A DNA stretch of 10,103 nt, taken from assembly GCA_905251635.1 (NCBI GenBank), contig CAJNOT010001887.1:20938-31040 (forward strand), in the 5' to 3' direction. Position 1 is the first letter of the stretch; every line of letters begins with the position of its first letter. The notes below the pieces were generated by a model. The model saw only the letters and a program-made list of their open reading frames with translations, ran no database searches and was not told where the DNA came from. The DNA is from Rotaria sordida. Its lineage: Eukaryota. The translations under genes were made by a program, and so were the position numbers. Positions 9,934 to 10,103 of this stretch are shown here, in pieces.

Positions 9934-10103
9934 ATGTACTTTTACTTAAGTACATTGTACTTAAGTACAATATACTTAAGTACAATATACTTAAGTACAA
10001 TGTACTAAGTACGCGGTACTTAAGTACAATGTACTTAAGTACAATGTACTAAGTACCGCGTTCTACGTACACTGTACTTACGTACATTGTACTTAAGTAC
10101 AAG
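9934..10103. repeat. 15-bp tandem repeat (consensus ACTTAAGTACAATGT) with 14-bp variant
   Basis: Consecutive units from 9944: ACTTAAGTACATTGT, ACTTAAGTACAATAT, ACTTAAGTACAATAT, ACTTAAGTACAATGT, ACTAAGTACGCGGT (14 bp), ACTTAAGTACAATGT, ACTTAAGTACAATGT. Degenerate copies continue to the window end. Confidence 0.9.

Larger units (their letters stand above)
5519..10103 (-). mobile_element. Possible hAT DNA transposon bounded by TAC-rich subterminal repeats (boundaries unresolved)
   Basis: The transposase CDS at 7232-9621 lies between two blocks of the same TAC-rich repeat family. No matching terminal inverted repeats or 8-bp target-site duplications were identified, and the right block runs off the window. 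Confidence 0.35.

Noticed and set aside
1-10103. CRISPR array, bacterial defence system, rRNA or tRNA genes
   Set aside because: The genes have spliceosomal introns and eukaryotic domains. The repeats lack spacer structure, and I recognised no rRNA or tRNA sequence by eye.

Overview
This is an AT-rich eukaryotic window with short GT-AG introns. Its gene families and a TGTGGG telomere-like repeat best fit a bdelloid rotifer accessory or subtelomeric region (inference). Contents: (1) a minus-strand NHL/beta-propeller-type fragment whose last NHL motif is cut by an in-frame TGA where Arg (CGA) is expected; (2) a three-exon plus-strand F-box-like gene, join(3207..3285,3332..4376,4430..5102), which the ORF track splits into three pieces; (3) a minus-strand hAT-superfamily transposase with a BED-type zinc finger, complement(join(7232..8406,8790..9621)), with the three putative catalytic acidic residues present; (4) two TAC-rich 'GTACTTAAGTACAAT' repeat blocks (about 5519-5733 and 9934-10103) on either side of the transposase, the left one containing a perfect 52-bp palindrome; (5) a head-to-head (TGTGGG)n / (CCCACA)n array at 1917-2049 in the orientation of a telomere-telomere fusion; (6) a 40-bp near-perfect inverted repeat at the left edge that looks like a MITE or foldback. 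I see no convincing new multi-gene system. The strongest leads are the fusion-orientation telomeric repeat and the candidate subterminal repeats of a Tol2-like hAT element.
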